Positions 46,134-56,880 of a stretch of DNA of 64,000 nt are shown here, one piece after another (position 1 is the first letter of the stretch; each line of letters starts with the position of its first letter). Below the pieces are notes generated by a model. The model was not told the DNA's origin. It ran no database searches and worked only from the letters and a program-made list of their open reading frames with translations. This DNA comes from an uncultured Bacteroidales bacterium (GTDB lineage Bacteria > Bacteroidota > Bacteroidia > Bacteroidales > VadinHA17): NCBI GenBank assembly GCA_963696535.1, contig CAVOKP010000013.1, forward strand, positions 241,790 through 305,789. Direction: 5' to 3'. The position numbers and the translations under genes are program-made.

Positions 46134-46613
46134 ATGGTCAGATTGCTGTTTTTCTCATTGTGGATGGCTGCCCATCCCGTTCATGTCTCTCTGATGAGCA
46201 TCGATTACGTGAAGGAGCGGAATATTTTCAATGTGTTTCTGAAAGTATACTTTGATGATTTACTCGTTGATTCGGGAATTGAACCAAATGCACAGAAAAA
46301 ACTTGTCTTTTCGGGGGATGATGAATTCACACGTAAGGTTATTTCTGATTATCTGAACGACAGGATCATGCTAATTGTCAACAACCGGCAGATAAAGGCA
46401 AAACTTGTAAATATGGATCTTTCGGATAATGAATTACGAATGAATCTGGTTTTCGGTGCAGCCGGAAAAGTAAATTCGATTACCGTGAAGAATCTTATAA
46501 TGACCTCCCTTTACAGCGACCAGGCAAATATGATAATTGTGAAAGTGAATGATTTTGAGGAGGGTGTCAGACTGACCAGTCTGGAAACTGAGAAGAGGTT
46601 TGAAATTAATTAA
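46134..46613 (+). CDS. hypothetical protein (possibly DUF6702-like)
   Basis: The N-terminal AAHPVHVSLMSIDY resembles the H-x-x-H-V-S start I recall for DUF6702. This is a weak assignment. Confidence 0.4.
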   Translation: MVRLLFFSLWMAAHPVHVSLMSIDYVKERNIFNVFLKVYFDDLLVDSGIEPNAQKKLVFSGDDEFTRKVISDYLNDRIMLIVNNRQIKAKLVNMDLSDNELRMNLVFGAAGKVNSITVKNLIMTSLYSDQANMIIVKVNDFEEGVRLTSLETEKRFEIN

Positions 46614-46641
46614 CATAAAGGTTGAGAGGAGATTACGCAAG

Positions 46642-49264
46642 GTGAAGAGTCTGAAATTCAAGAAACTGATAGTCATTGCCCTTCTGCTGATCGGTTTCAG
46701 TCAAATACGGGCAACCCATAACAGGGCTGGCGAGATCACTTATGTTCAGCTGTCGGATCTCTCATTCGAGATTACAATCACAACATATACATACACACTG
46801 AGCTTTGCCGACAGGCCCCAGCTTGAAGTTGAATGGGGGGATAATTCGACTTCGATAGCTGACAGGCAAAGCATTCTTTTTCTCCCCAATTATTACAAGA
46901 GGAATATATATAAAATAATACATACCTATCCCGGGCCAGGTGTCTATAAGATTGTTGTTCAGGATCCTAACAGGAACGCTGATGTTCTTAACATACCAAA
47001 CTCGGTTAACGTTGTTTTCTCAATATCAACTGTTCTGATCGTAAATCCGTCGATCGGCCGTAACAACACCCCGGTACTGCTTAATCCGCCATATGACAAG
47101 GCTGCCCGCGGATATATTTTCATTCATAATCCGGGTGCATATGATCCGGATGGAGACAGCCTTTCTTATGCTCTTACAGTCTGCACCAGGGAGGATGGTA
47201 AGCCGATTGAGAATTACCGCCTGCCTCCGGCAACGAATTTTATCAGGGTTGATTCAATCTCTGGCGACCTTATTTGGAACACTCCGCGTGACACCGGGGC
47301 ATATAATGTCGCAATGGAGATTCAGGAGTGGCGTTTCGGAAAAAAGATCGGAGTGGTTATAAGGGATATCCAGATAAACGTTTACGATACGAAAAACAAG
47401 CCTCCTGTCATCGGCCCTCTGTACGACAGATGCGTTGTTGCAGGGGAGGTAGTGGATTTCAATATTACCGCAACCGATCCCGACAATGACTTTCTTAGTC
47501 TTTTCTCAACATCAGGCATATACAGCCTTGCCGCCTGCCCCGCCACATTTACGAAAATTGATTCAGTTGCCGGACGCTCAACTTCCCGGTTCCGCTGGGC
47601 AACATGCCTCGAGGCGGTAAGGAATCAGCCATATGATATCATCATAAAAGCGGATGATTACAGCGGCGAGAAGAAGCTGTCGGATATCGACAACTTCCGG
47701 ATAAAGGTTCTCGGACCTCCGCCTGTTCTGACAGGCGTCTCACCTGAAGGGAAGTTCATGCGTCTGGTGTGGAATAATTACGGTACTTCTGCTATTTCGG
47801 GCTTTAATATTTACCGTAAGGAGGGTGCTTCATCATTTGCTCCCGATTCATGCACTTCAGGGATTCCGGCATCAACAGGCTTCGTTAAGGTTGGTTACAT
47901 ATCCGGCAGCACCACTGTTTCCTATATCGACACCGAAAACGGGCAGGGCCTTCAGTACGGAAGGGAGTACACCTACCGCATCGTCGCAGTTTTTGCAAAC
48001 GGAGCCGAAAGCAAGGCTTCAAACGAAATCACCTCATCGCTGGTTTCCGGGGTCCCGGTTATAACGAATGTAACCGTTAGAACCACCTCTGCGACAAATG
48101 GATCAATCGTTGTTAGATGGATAAAGCCTGACAAGCTCGATACGATCCCAGCCGCAGGACCATATGAATACCTTATTTACAGGGCTGACGGAATAACGGG
48201 CACCAACTACACACAGGTGAGGTCAATACAGACAGCCACTTTAAATGAGACATCTTTTACCGATACCCTTATCAATACCCGGGCAGGCGGATTTATTTAC
48301 AAGATCGAACTTTACAATAATGCTCCGGGAAACAGGTTCCTTATCGGAGAACCCGGCTATGCATCGTCGGTATTTCTTGTGGCGAATCCGGGTGACAGGA
48401 AGGTCCGTTTCACCATAAGCCGGAATGTGCCATGGATTAACACAAGGTACGATTTCTTCAGGCTTAATGAGGCAACAATGAGATATGACTCGGTTGGAAC
48501 CTCAAACCTGCTTGAATTCGTTGATGCGGGACTTGTTAACGGCAGGCAGTACTGCTATAAAGTCAGGTCAACCGGAGGATATACCCCGGTTGATATGCCC
48601 AAAAACCTTATTAACTTTTCACAGGAGACATGTGTTACTCCAATTGACAACGAAGCCCCGTGCCAGCCAGGGATTACAGTCACCAGCCAGTGCGACAGCC
48701 TTTACAATACTGTCCGCTGGAGCATTACAGATGCCGCCTGTCTGGATGATGTAGCCGGATACAATATTTACTACAAGACGATTACTGATGAGAATATGGC
48801 CCTGTCTGACTGTTATAGATGACAAGAACACCTTCAGCTACAAGCACCTGCCGGGTGAAGTTATTTCAGGGTGCTATGCAGTTTCTGCCTTCGACCTGAT
48901 AGGCAATGAGAGTCTGAAATCAGTAATGATCTGCGTTGATTCATGTAACTTTTACGAGATCCCGAATGTCTTTACGCCAAACGGGGATGATATTAATGAC
49001 TGGCTTAAGGCAAAAACTTCGGGGCTTGTCGAGAAGGTCGATTTCAAACTTTTCAACCGTTATGGGGTGCTTATCTTTCAGACCGATGAGCCGAGGTTAA
49101 ACTGGGACGGCACTTACAGGGGAAAGATTGTTTCTCCGGGCGTTTACTTCTATCAGTGCGATGTCTTTGAAAGGAGGATCTCCGGTCTTGAGCAGTTCCA
49201 CCTTTCAGGCTTTATTCATGTTATTACTGAAGCAGGTGCAACAGTCACCAAACCGGAATTGTAA
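46642..49264 (+). pseudogene. large T9SS (type B, gliding-motility-associated) C-terminal-domain surface protein, split by a +1 frameshift near 48800
   Basis: Part 1 (46642..48822, GTG start, signal peptide MKSLKFKKLIVIALLLIGFSQIRA, THNRAGEITY motif). Part 2 (frame +1 relative to part 1, open from 48755 to 49264) ends in the CTD YEIPNVFTPNGDDINDWL...FNRYGVLIF. Skipping one T after GCC CTG gives a continuous ...ENMALLTVIDDKNTFSYKHL. Confidence 0.65.
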
Positions 49265-49284
49265 TTAAAGCGAGATTTTCGGAC

Positions 49285-50487
49285 ATGAAAAAAATATTAT
49301 TGTTTATTGCGTTAACCGCGATCGCCCTAATCACGGCAGCACAAAAGCCGGTTGATTATCTGATGGAGGGAAAAGCTCTAATTCAGGCCGGAAAGCCAGA
49401 TGAAGCTGTAACTGTATTGTCGGAAGCGCTGAAGAGCTTCCCTGAAACAGGATTATATCTGGGACGTGCCGAGGCATATATGGCAAAGGGGGACTATTCA
49501 CAGGCAATAAACGATTATAATTCAGCCAATAAGATCACTCAATCATCAGGAGAATTCGGGCTGGCGAGGATTTATGCCCTTAAGGGGGATGCCGCAACGG
49601 CTGTTTATCACCTTGAATCAAACCTGCGATCCCCATTCAGGAAAAGCGAGAAGGAGATAATGCTTGATCCCTCTTTCAGCACAGTTGAAAACCGTCCTGA
49701 ATGGCGACAGTTCTGGAAGAAAGATCTGTACGGAGCTCTCGAGAGGGGTATTGCTGAAATAGAATACAGCATCTCGACCGGAAATACAGGTGATGCAAAA
49801 ACCATCCTTTCCGAACTTTCAGGGAATTATCCAGGACATGATGAAATTGCATATGCTGGAGCACTCGTAAGCTTGGCGGAGAAGAAGAATGCTGAAGCTG
49901 TCAAAGCACTTACGATTCTCCTGGCTGACGAACCGGGGAATGAAAAATACCTGAGGCTTCTTTCCCGTGCACAGGAAGCATCGGGGAACTTCGCCGGAGC
50001 ATCATCATCGTACAGCAGGCTTATGGATAATGGCGTTGGCGATCCTGAACTTCTGATGCTCAGGGCAGAATGTTACAGGAAAACCGGTGAGACCGGAAAG
50101 GCTCTTGATGATGTTGCAAGGTATCTCGGTCTTTATCCCGGAAACAAAAAAGCGCTCAGCTTTGCCGGAAAGATTGAAGCGGCATCCGGGGATAATCTGA
50201 AGGCTCTCCAGTATTTCTCCGAAAACCTTAGGCTCCATCCCAATGATGCAGATTGCTATATTGACAGGGCCAACTCCTACTTCGTATCACGGTCGTGGGA
50301 TTTTGCAATAAAGGATTACAGCATGTCGCTCGACCTCCATCCTGAAAATCCGGATGCATGGCTGAACAAGGGCATTGCCCTTCTCAATTCCGGAAAGAGG
50401 GCGGATGCCTGTTATGATTTCAGGAGATCATTCAATCTTGGAAATAAAAAGGCCGCAGAGTACCTGAGCAGAAACTGCATAAAATAA
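49285..50487 (+). CDS. tetratricopeptide-repeat protein (secreted)
   Basis: Signal peptide plus multiple TPR units (AEAYMAKGDYSQAINDYNSA and similar). Confidence 0.8.
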   Translation: MKKILLFIALTAIALITAAQKPVDYLMEGKALIQAGKPDEAVTVLSEALKSFPETGLYLGRAEAYMAKGDYSQAINDYNSANKITQSSGEFGLARIYALKGDAATAVYHLESNLRSPFRKSEKEIMLDPSFSTVENRPEWRQFWKKDLYGALERGIAEIEYSISTGNTGDAKTILSELSGNYPGHDEIAYAGALVSLAEKKNAEAVKALTILLADEPGNEKYLRLLSRAQEASGNFAGASSSYSRLMDNGVGDPELLMLRAECYRKTGETGKALDDVARYLGLYPGNKKALSFAGKIEAASGDNLKALQYFSENLRLHPNDADCYIDRANSYFVSRSWDFAIKDYSMSLDLHPENPDAWLNKGIALLNSGKRADACYDFRRSFNLGNKKAAEYLSRNCIK

Positions 50488-50503
50488 TCCCTGACCGAAC
50501 GTA

Positions 50504-52660
50504 CTATTTAATATTCCTGAGGATCTTCTCGAACAGGTCGCGGGGCTTGAATGGTTTCAGCACATAGTCGTTGATACTCAGGTTTTCAATCTTGTCATGG
50601 CTTTCCGACATTATTGCCGCCGTCAGTGCTACGACGGGAATTGATCTTATTTCCGGGTTTCCGGATTCCCTGATCTTCCTTGTTGCCTCAATGCCATCCA
50701 TGACGGGCATATGAAGATCCATAAGGATCAGGTCAAAACTTTCCTTCTCCAGGATCTCAAGAGCAAGTTTCCCATTTTCAACATGGGTTACTTTGACACC
50801 CCACCCTGTCAGGAACTTGTTTGCAACGAAAAAATTGATCCTGTTGTCTTCTGCAACAAGGATTTTCCTTCCCTCCAGTCCGGTATATGACTCATTCGGC
50901 TCTCCTGCCTCAATCCTTGCACCGCCCTCGGGAATGCCGAAGCTAAGGACAAACCTGAAGGTTGATCCTTTATCAGGTTCACTAATCACCTCGATCTTCC
51001 CATTCTGAAGTTCAACCAGCTTTTTGCATATTGCAAGTCCCAGCCCGGTTCCGCCGAAATGCCGCGTGGTATCAGTTGCTGCCTGCGTAAAACTCTCAAA
51101 AATCATTTCATGCTTGTCACTGGGGATGCCTATACCGGTATCCCTGACGATAAATTCAATGCTTGATTTGCCATTCTTCCGCTCAAGTTCTTTTATAATA
51201 ACATGAATACTGCCCCGCTGGGTGAATTTAAGTGCATTTGAAAGCAGATTTGAAAGAATCTGGTTAAGCCTTATTGAATCGCCGATTACCTCTGCAGGCA
51301 GGTCATTCTCCTTTATAATGTCAAATTCGAGATTCTTGGATTTGGTCCTGAAAGAATAAGTCCTCATTATATCTTTCAGGAAGGCGTCGAGATTGAACCG
51401 TGCCTGTTCGAATTCTATCTTTCCCGACTCCATCTTGTTGTAATCGAGTACATCATTGACAAGTGTGAGGAGGTGATTGCCTGAAAATCTCAGGGTTTTA
51501 ATGAAATCCATCTGATCCTCCCTGGGGTTACCCTGCAGCAGCAGATTTGTAATCCCGATCACTTCGTTCAGGGGAGTGCGGATCTCGTGGCTCATGGTTG
51601 ACATGAACTGCTGCTTGGATGCAGCAGCCTCCTCGGCTTTTCTGCCCGCCTGGATAACATTGTCGATCATTATTCTCCGCTGTATTGCAATAGCTATCTG
51701 ATTTCCGATAAATTCAAAGACATTTACATCCTCCTGTGAAAATTTATCCTCGTCATGATAATCCTGGAAAGCCATTACTCCTATGATCTCCTTGTCGGCT
51801 ACCAGCGGAACACCCATCCATACTTTGCATGGTGTGCCAATCATTGAAATATCTCCGGAGTTCTCAAGGTTTTTAAGGTCATTTACCTTTAGCAGAACTG
51901 ACTTTCTAAGACCTATTGCCCATTTTGTGATTGTTTTGCGGGCGGGGACATTTTCAAACTTGTCTTTTTCATCCGAGAAAAACGGGAGGGAAAGGGAATC
52001 GGTCTTCTTATCGTACAAGGCTATGAAGAAATTGCTTGTATCCCAGATCTTGCCTAATTCATGAACTATTGTCGGGTATATATCCTTGATATCAAGCTGG
52101 TTAAGGGCCGCGGTTGAAATGTTGTAAAGAATCTCCTGTATTATCTCATGCTTTTTTTCCTGGGAAATGTCCCTGTAAATGCCAAGCGAAGCGACTATCT
52201 TATCATTTATCAGAATATTTGTTGCTATCAGCGATACCTGAATCCTGCGGCCTGATTTATCGGATCTTATTGTCTGCCTTGTCAGTTTGTGCTTTTCAGC
52301 TGCAATTATTTCCGGGCTGATGGATTCGGATTTCATCTCCTCGGGCAGAATAAGATCATCTATCATCCTGTTGGTTGCCTCTTCCGCTGTGTACCTGAAC
52401 AGATCGGTGAATTCCCTGTTGATCAATACAATTTTCCCATCATTGTCAATTATGGCAATTGCTTCAGGGATTGAATCAATCAGATGTTCCAGGAAAGCTT
52501 TTTCCCTGCTCACATGCACCTGATCACCGCCGGATAGATTCTCTTTCCGCCTGCCGTCCCTCGACTTCAGGGATTCGATTTCTTCCTTAAGCTTCCTGTT
52601 TGCCAGGAGGAGTTCCTCATATTTGAGTTTTGTTTCAGTCATGCCTGTATCAGAGTGCAT
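50504..52660 (-). CDS. hybrid sensor histidine kinase/response regulator (coiled coil-PAS-GAF-HisKA-HATPase-REC)
   Basis: H-box SHEIRTPLN, G-boxes DTGIGI and GGTGLGL, and a C-terminal REC domain DLILMDLHMPVMDG. Confidence 0.85.
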   Translation of the reverse strand: MHSDTGMTETKLKYEELLLANRKLKEEIESLKSRDGRRKENLSGGDQVHVSREKAFLEHLIDSIPEAIAIIDNDGKIVLINREFTDLFRYTAEEATNRMIDDLILPEEMKSESISPEIIAAEKHKLTRQTIRSDKSGRRIQVSLIATNILINDKIVASLGIYRDISQEKKHEIIQEILYNISTAALNQLDIKDIYPTIVHELGKIWDTSNFFIALYDKKTDSLSLPFFSDEKDKFENVPARKTITKWAIGLRKSVLLKVNDLKNLENSGDISMIGTPCKVWMGVPLVADKEIIGVMAFQDYHDEDKFSQEDVNVFEFIGNQIAIAIQRRIMIDNVIQAGRKAEEAAASKQQFMSTMSHEIRTPLNEVIGITNLLLQGNPREDQMDFIKTLRFSGNHLLTLVNDVLDYNKMESGKIEFEQARFNLDAFLKDIMRTYSFRTKSKNLEFDIIKENDLPAEVIGDSIRLNQILSNLLSNALKFTQRGSIHVIIKELERKNGKSSIEFIVRDTGIGIPSDKHEMIFESFTQAATDTTRHFGGTGLGLAICKKLVELQNGKIEVISEPDKGSTFRFVLSFGIPEGGARIEAGEPNESYTGLEGRKILVAEDNRINFFVANKFLTGWGVKVTHVENGKLALEILEKESFDLILMDLHMPVMDGIEATRKIRESGNPEIRSIPVVALTAAIMSESHDKIENLSINDYVLKPFKPRDLFEKILRNIK

Positions 52661-52708
52661 TATTGTTAATAGTAACGTGATTTTGGTCAGGTACCGTATA
52701 TAAGAAGT

Positions 52709-53356
52709 CTAATTCTGCTTTTTTTTCTCAGAGTAGAATCTGCAAAATTCCTTTAATCCGCATTCGTCGCAAAGCGGTTTTCTGGCCATGCAAATGTATC
52801 GTCCGTGGAGTATCAACCAGTGGTGAGCCTCATGCATCATGTCAGCAGGAATGTTCCTTGAAAGCTGCATCTCGGCGGCAAGAGGTGTTTTTGCATTTCT
52901 CACGAGACCAATCCTTTTAGATACCCTGAAAACGTGTGTGTCGACTGCCATTACCGGTTTACGGAAGACAACTGAGGCTACGACATTTGCAGTTTTCCTT
53001 CCTACACCGGGAAGCTTTTGAAGCTCAGAAGGTTCGGATGGGACAACTCCTCCAAAATCGTTCACAAGCATTCTGGCCATACCCACGAGATGTTTTGCTT
53101 TGTTATTCGGATAGGAGCATGACCTTATATACCCGAAAATATCTGATGGTTCGGCTTTCGCCATTGATGAGGCATCAGGATATTTTTCAAGAAGCGCCGG
53201 GGTGATAATGTTAACCCTTTTGTCGGTGCACTGAGCCGACAATATCACAGCCACAATCAAACCGAACGGATCGGTGTAGCTCAGCTCCGTTTCGGGGGCA
53301 GGCATGCTTATCCGGAAATAATCGATGGTCCTGCGGTATCTTTCCTTGAGTGTCAT
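52709..53356 (-). CDS. nth: endonuclease III
   Basis: HhH-GPD motif LPGVGRKTANVV and a C-terminal 4Fe-4S Cys cluster C..C..C.....C. Confidence 0.9.
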   Translation of the reverse strand: MTLKERYRRTIDYFRISMPAPETELSYTDPFGLIVAVILSAQCTDKRVNIITPALLEKYPDASSMAKAEPSDIFGYIRSCSYPNNKAKHLVGMARMLVNDFGGVVPSEPSELQKLPGVGRKTANVVASVVFRKPVMAVDTHVFRVSKRIGLVRNAKTPLAAEMQLSRNIPADMMHEAHHWLILHGRYICMARKPLCDECGLKEFCRFYSEKKKQN

Positions 53357-53483
53357 AAGAAGCGGGAAAAGTAAGATGTTAAGTTAATGTTTTTATCGTT
53401 AACCGGAATCCGCAAAGAGTTTGAAAGTGTTTTAGCATGTAATAACAGATGTTTTTATAACTTTAACGGGCAATAGAATAGAT

Positions 53484-54521
53484 TTGGAAAAAATAACCAT
53501 TAATACAGGCAGTTCTGTTTCAGAGATTCTCATCGGTGCCAGATGGGAGGATGTCCGTGGAATGCTTCCGGAATCGGATGTGGCGGTTATCACCGACAAT
53601 AACATCTACCGGATTTACGGGGAAGGATTTCCTGATTTCCCGGTCTTTCAGATCAAGGCTGGGGAGGCAAGCAAAAAGATTGAGGTAGTCGAATCACTTG
53701 CAGAAAGACTCATTGACGCCGGCATAGACAGGAAAGGGCTTATCCTTGGCATCGGAGGAGGAGTGGTGTGCGACATTGCCGGGTTTCTGGCTTCAATTTA
53801 TATGCGAGGGATCAGATGCGCCTACGTTTCATCTTCACTTCTATCCCAGGTTGATGCCAGTACGGGTGGGAAGAACGGAGTTAACCTGGGCGGGACGAAA
53901 AACGTGATCGGGTGTTTCAAACAACCGGAATTCGTAATCTGCGATCCTGCAATGCTGAAAACTCTCCCTGAGGATGAATATTTTTCAGGTCTTGCAGAAC
54001 TTATTAAAACAGCCCTTATCGGTAATGCAAAGCTCTTTGAGATTATTGAAAACAACTATGAAGCGATAGCCAAAAGAGATCAGAACCTCCTTTCAATGTG
54101 CATTTCAATGGCAGTTAATTTCAAGGCAGCTGTAGTATCGGAAGATGAGAAGGAGGAAGGGTTAAGGAGGATACTCAATTTCGGCCATACCTACGGGCAT
54201 GTGATCGAGGTTTACAAATCCTTCAGGCATGGATATGCAGTTGCATCAGGTATGGAGCTTGCAGCAAAATTCTCTCTGGCAAGGGGATTGATCACCCCCC
54301 GGGAGTGCAGCAGGATAATTGCTCTCCTTAAATCGTTCAGGCTCCTCCGGATGCACGATATTCCTGATGACCAGATGAGGCAGCTTGTAATGAGAGATAA
54401 GAAAAAGGCAGGGAACGATATATATTTTGTTTTTCTGAATGGAATCGGAAAGGCAGTCGTTGAAAAAATTCCGGCAGCCGAGGCGGTTGATTTTTACAGG
54501 GATAACAGGCCCGGAAACTAA
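53484..54521 (+). CDS. aroB: 3-dehydroquinate synthase
   Basis: Motifs GIGGGVVCDIAGFLAS, GGKNGVN and FGHTYGH. A TTG start is inferred. Confidence 0.85.
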   Translation: MEKITINTGSSVSEILIGARWEDVRGMLPESDVAVITDNNIYRIYGEGFPDFPVFQIKAGEASKKIEVVESLAERLIDAGIDRKGLILGIGGGVVCDIAGFLASIYMRGIRCAYVSSSLLSQVDASTGGKNGVNLGGTKNVIGCFKQPEFVICDPAMLKTLPEDEYFSGLAELIKTALIGNAKLFEIIENNYEAIAKRDQNLLSMCISMAVNFKAAVVSEDEKEEGLRRILNFGHTYGHVIEVYKSFRHGYAVASGMELAAKFSLARGLITPRECSRIIALLKSFRLLRMHDIPDDQMRQLVMRDKKKAGNDIYFVFLNGIGKAVVEKIPAAEAVDFYRDNRPGN

Positions 54522-54532
54522 TAATCTTCATT

Positions 54533-55528
54533 ATGAACTCTTTTGGTGTTGTTTTCAGAGTGTCGGTTTTCGGTGAGTCGCATGGCAACTCTATCGGAGT
54601 GGTTATTGATGGTTGTCCTCCGGGGATACCCATCGCACCCGATGATTTCATGACCGACCTTTCAAGAAGGCAGAGCGGGAGCAGGGGTACAACAAAACGC
54701 AGGGAGGCTGATACCCCGGAGATTCTCAGCGGTGTTTACGACGGCAATACCACAGGTGCCCCGGTTACTATTGCTACAAGGAACAGTGACAGGATTTCAT
54801 CTGATTATGATGATTTTAAAAGTGTTCCGAGGCCTGGGCATGCTGATTATGTCTCAGGAATCAAATTCTCCGGTTTTGCCGATATGCGGGGGAGCGGCCA
54901 TTTCTCAGGACGGATCACATGGGGTCTGGTTGCGGCAGGCGTAATAGCAAAGCTGATTGTACGTCCCTCCGTTATAAGCGCAAAACTGATCTCAGCAGGA
55001 GGATCGACTGACATAGAGCAGGCAATTGAAAAGGCGATGGCTGAAGGGGACTCAATCGGCGGCATTGTCGAATGCACAATCGCCAATCCCCCGAAAGCAT
55101 TAGGGGAGCCATTCTTTTATTCAGTGGAATCTTCAATCAGCCATATCGTTTTTTCAATTCCGGCAATAAAGGGGATCGAATTCGGTGCAGGTTTTTCGGC
55201 TGCCTCAATGAAGGGTTCAGCTCACAATGATCCTTTTATTGACGGAACCGGAAAGACACTGACAAATAATTCAGGGGGCATCAACGGCGGTATCTCAAAC
55301 GGAAACGAAATAATCTTCAGGGCGGCTGTCAAACCAACATCATCGACCGGTTCAGTTCAGCGGACATTCGATTTCAGCAGGGGAGAAATGACTGAACTCG
55401 GCGTAAGGGGGCGCCACGATACCTGCATTGCACTAAGAATGCCGGTAATAATCGAGGCGGCCGCTGCAATAGCATTGGCTGATCTTCTTATGATCGACCG
55501 CGGGATAAACGCCTCAAGAAAACTCTGA
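54533..55528 (+). CDS. aroC: chorismate synthase
   Basis: N-terminal FRVSVFGESHGNSIGVVIDGCPPGI and the GRHDTC motif. Confidence 0.9.
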   Translation: MNSFGVVFRVSVFGESHGNSIGVVIDGCPPGIPIAPDDFMTDLSRRQSGSRGTTKRREADTPEILSGVYDGNTTGAPVTIATRNSDRISSDYDDFKSVPRPGHADYVSGIKFSGFADMRGSGHFSGRITWGLVAAGVIAKLIVRPSVISAKLISAGGSTDIEQAIEKAMAEGDSIGGIVECTIANPPKALGEPFFYSVESSISHIVFSIPAIKGIEFGAGFSAASMKGSAHNDPFIDGTGKTLTNNSGGINGGISNGNEIIFRAAVKPTSSTGSVQRTFDFSRGEMTELGVRGRHDTCIALRMPVIIEAAAAIALADLLMIDRGINASRKL

Positions 55529-55534
55529 CATTTT

Positions 55535-56863
55535 CTAAAGGTTTTTATATTCAATTTTCAATATTCTGGATGTTGAGGTTGTTACTTTAAACCTCTCGTC
55601 AAGCCTTTCTCCGATTATCCACACTATTTCCCCTGCGGATTCGAGTATCAGGGCATTTTCCTTTCTTAAAAGCGAATATTTTGAGTCGATAAAATAGTCA
55701 CTAAGCTTCTTTTTATTATTCATTCCCAGGGGATAGAAAAAATCCCCTTTTATCCATCTGCGGATAACCAAAGGGTATTCAATCCTTTCTGAATCCATGC
55801 ATGCAATGCCCTTGCTTCGGGGTATCCTGTAACCAGGACTGATATCAATTTCAATGGCCGACTTTATTCCGGGCACATTTTGAAGATCTTCAACACAAGC
55901 AATTTCAATTTTCTCATAGCTTTCGGTACCCAGAGGAGAAACTATGATCTCATCCCTGTCCCTGACGATCCGGTGGGTTTTGGTAAACAGCTGTTTTCCG
56001 GTCCCTCCTGAAATGAGTCTGATCAGACCGGTCGAAACTGAACCTGTAACGTTGTAGGCACTGAACAGCTCGTAGAGCAAAGCCCGGCTTTTCTGAAACT
56101 TTTTAAGGCTTTCAACATTGAAAATCGTTGTTTTTCCTTTCTTAAATGAAGAGCCTGCCCTTATCTTTTCAATGTATTCAGATAATATTTCATCGATTCC
56201 GGCAAGCCTTGCTGCTGTTGCTTTAAGGGATTCCTCAAGCGAGGGATTTATTTCTTTCAGAACAGGAATGACTAGATGCCTTATTTTATTCCTTGTATAT
56301 TTGGTTTCGGCATTTGATTTATCTTCCCTGAATGGCACCTTGTTTTCAATGCAGTATTTTTCGATATCATGCCTTGATGCAAACAGAAGCGGACGGATGA
56401 TCTTGTTGGCCGAAGGCCTCATTCCTGAAAGGCCTGTCAATCCCGTACCCCTTGTCAGGTTGATCAGCATGGTCTCGATATTGTCGTTCATGTTATGGGC
56501 AACTGCTGTATGGCTGTAATTGTTTTCAAGCCTCGTTTTTTCGAACCATTCATACCGCAGTTCCCTCGCGGCCATCTGAACGGAAATACCTTTTGCCGAA
56601 GCATGCTCAATGGTTTTGAAACGGATTGAATAAAAGGGGATTCCGTTCTTTTCGGCAAAGTCCCTTACCATCTCCTCATCGAGATCAGACTCGGTACCTC
56701 TCAGGCTGAAATTGCAGTGGGCAATGCCGGTGTCCGTTCCCATCCTTTTGAACAGGTGTGTCATAACCATTGAGTCAATCCCGCCGCTGACTGCAAGAAG
56801 TATCCTGTCGTGCTTACCGAGAAGATTGTTTTTTTTGATATAGCTTTTAAATTCTTTAAACAT
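55535..56863 (-). CDS. tilS: tRNA(Ile)-lysidine synthase
   Basis: PP-loop LLAVSGGIDSMV, a 442 aa length and TilS-like sequence throughout. Confidence 0.9.
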   Translation of the reverse strand: MFKEFKSYIKKNNLLGKHDRILLAVSGGIDSMVMTHLFKRMGTDTGIAHCNFSLRGTESDLDEEMVRDFAEKNGIPFYSIRFKTIEHASAKGISVQMAARELRYEWFEKTRLENNYSHTAVAHNMNDNIETMLINLTRGTGLTGLSGMRPSANKIIRPLLFASRHDIEKYCIENKVPFREDKSNAETKYTRNKIRHLVIPVLKEINPSLEESLKATAARLAGIDEILSEYIEKIRAGSSFKKGKTTIFNVESLKKFQKSRALLYELFSAYNVTGSVSTGLIRLISGGTGKQLFTKTHRIVRDRDEIIVSPLGTESYEKIEIACVEDLQNVPGIKSAIEIDISPGYRIPRSKGIACMDSERIEYPLVIRRWIKGDFFYPLGMNNKKKLSDYFIDSKYSLLRKENALILESAGEIVWIIGERLDERFKVTTSTSRILKIEYKNL

Positions 56864-56880
56864 GCTTTCAGGATTGGATT

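Noticed and set aside
48788-48822. The adhesin split might be programmed ribosomal frameshifting
   Set aside because: No slippery heptamer or downstream pseudoknot is evident at the overlap. A mutation or a sequencing error is more parsimonious. It is retained as a finding only because it is easy to check.
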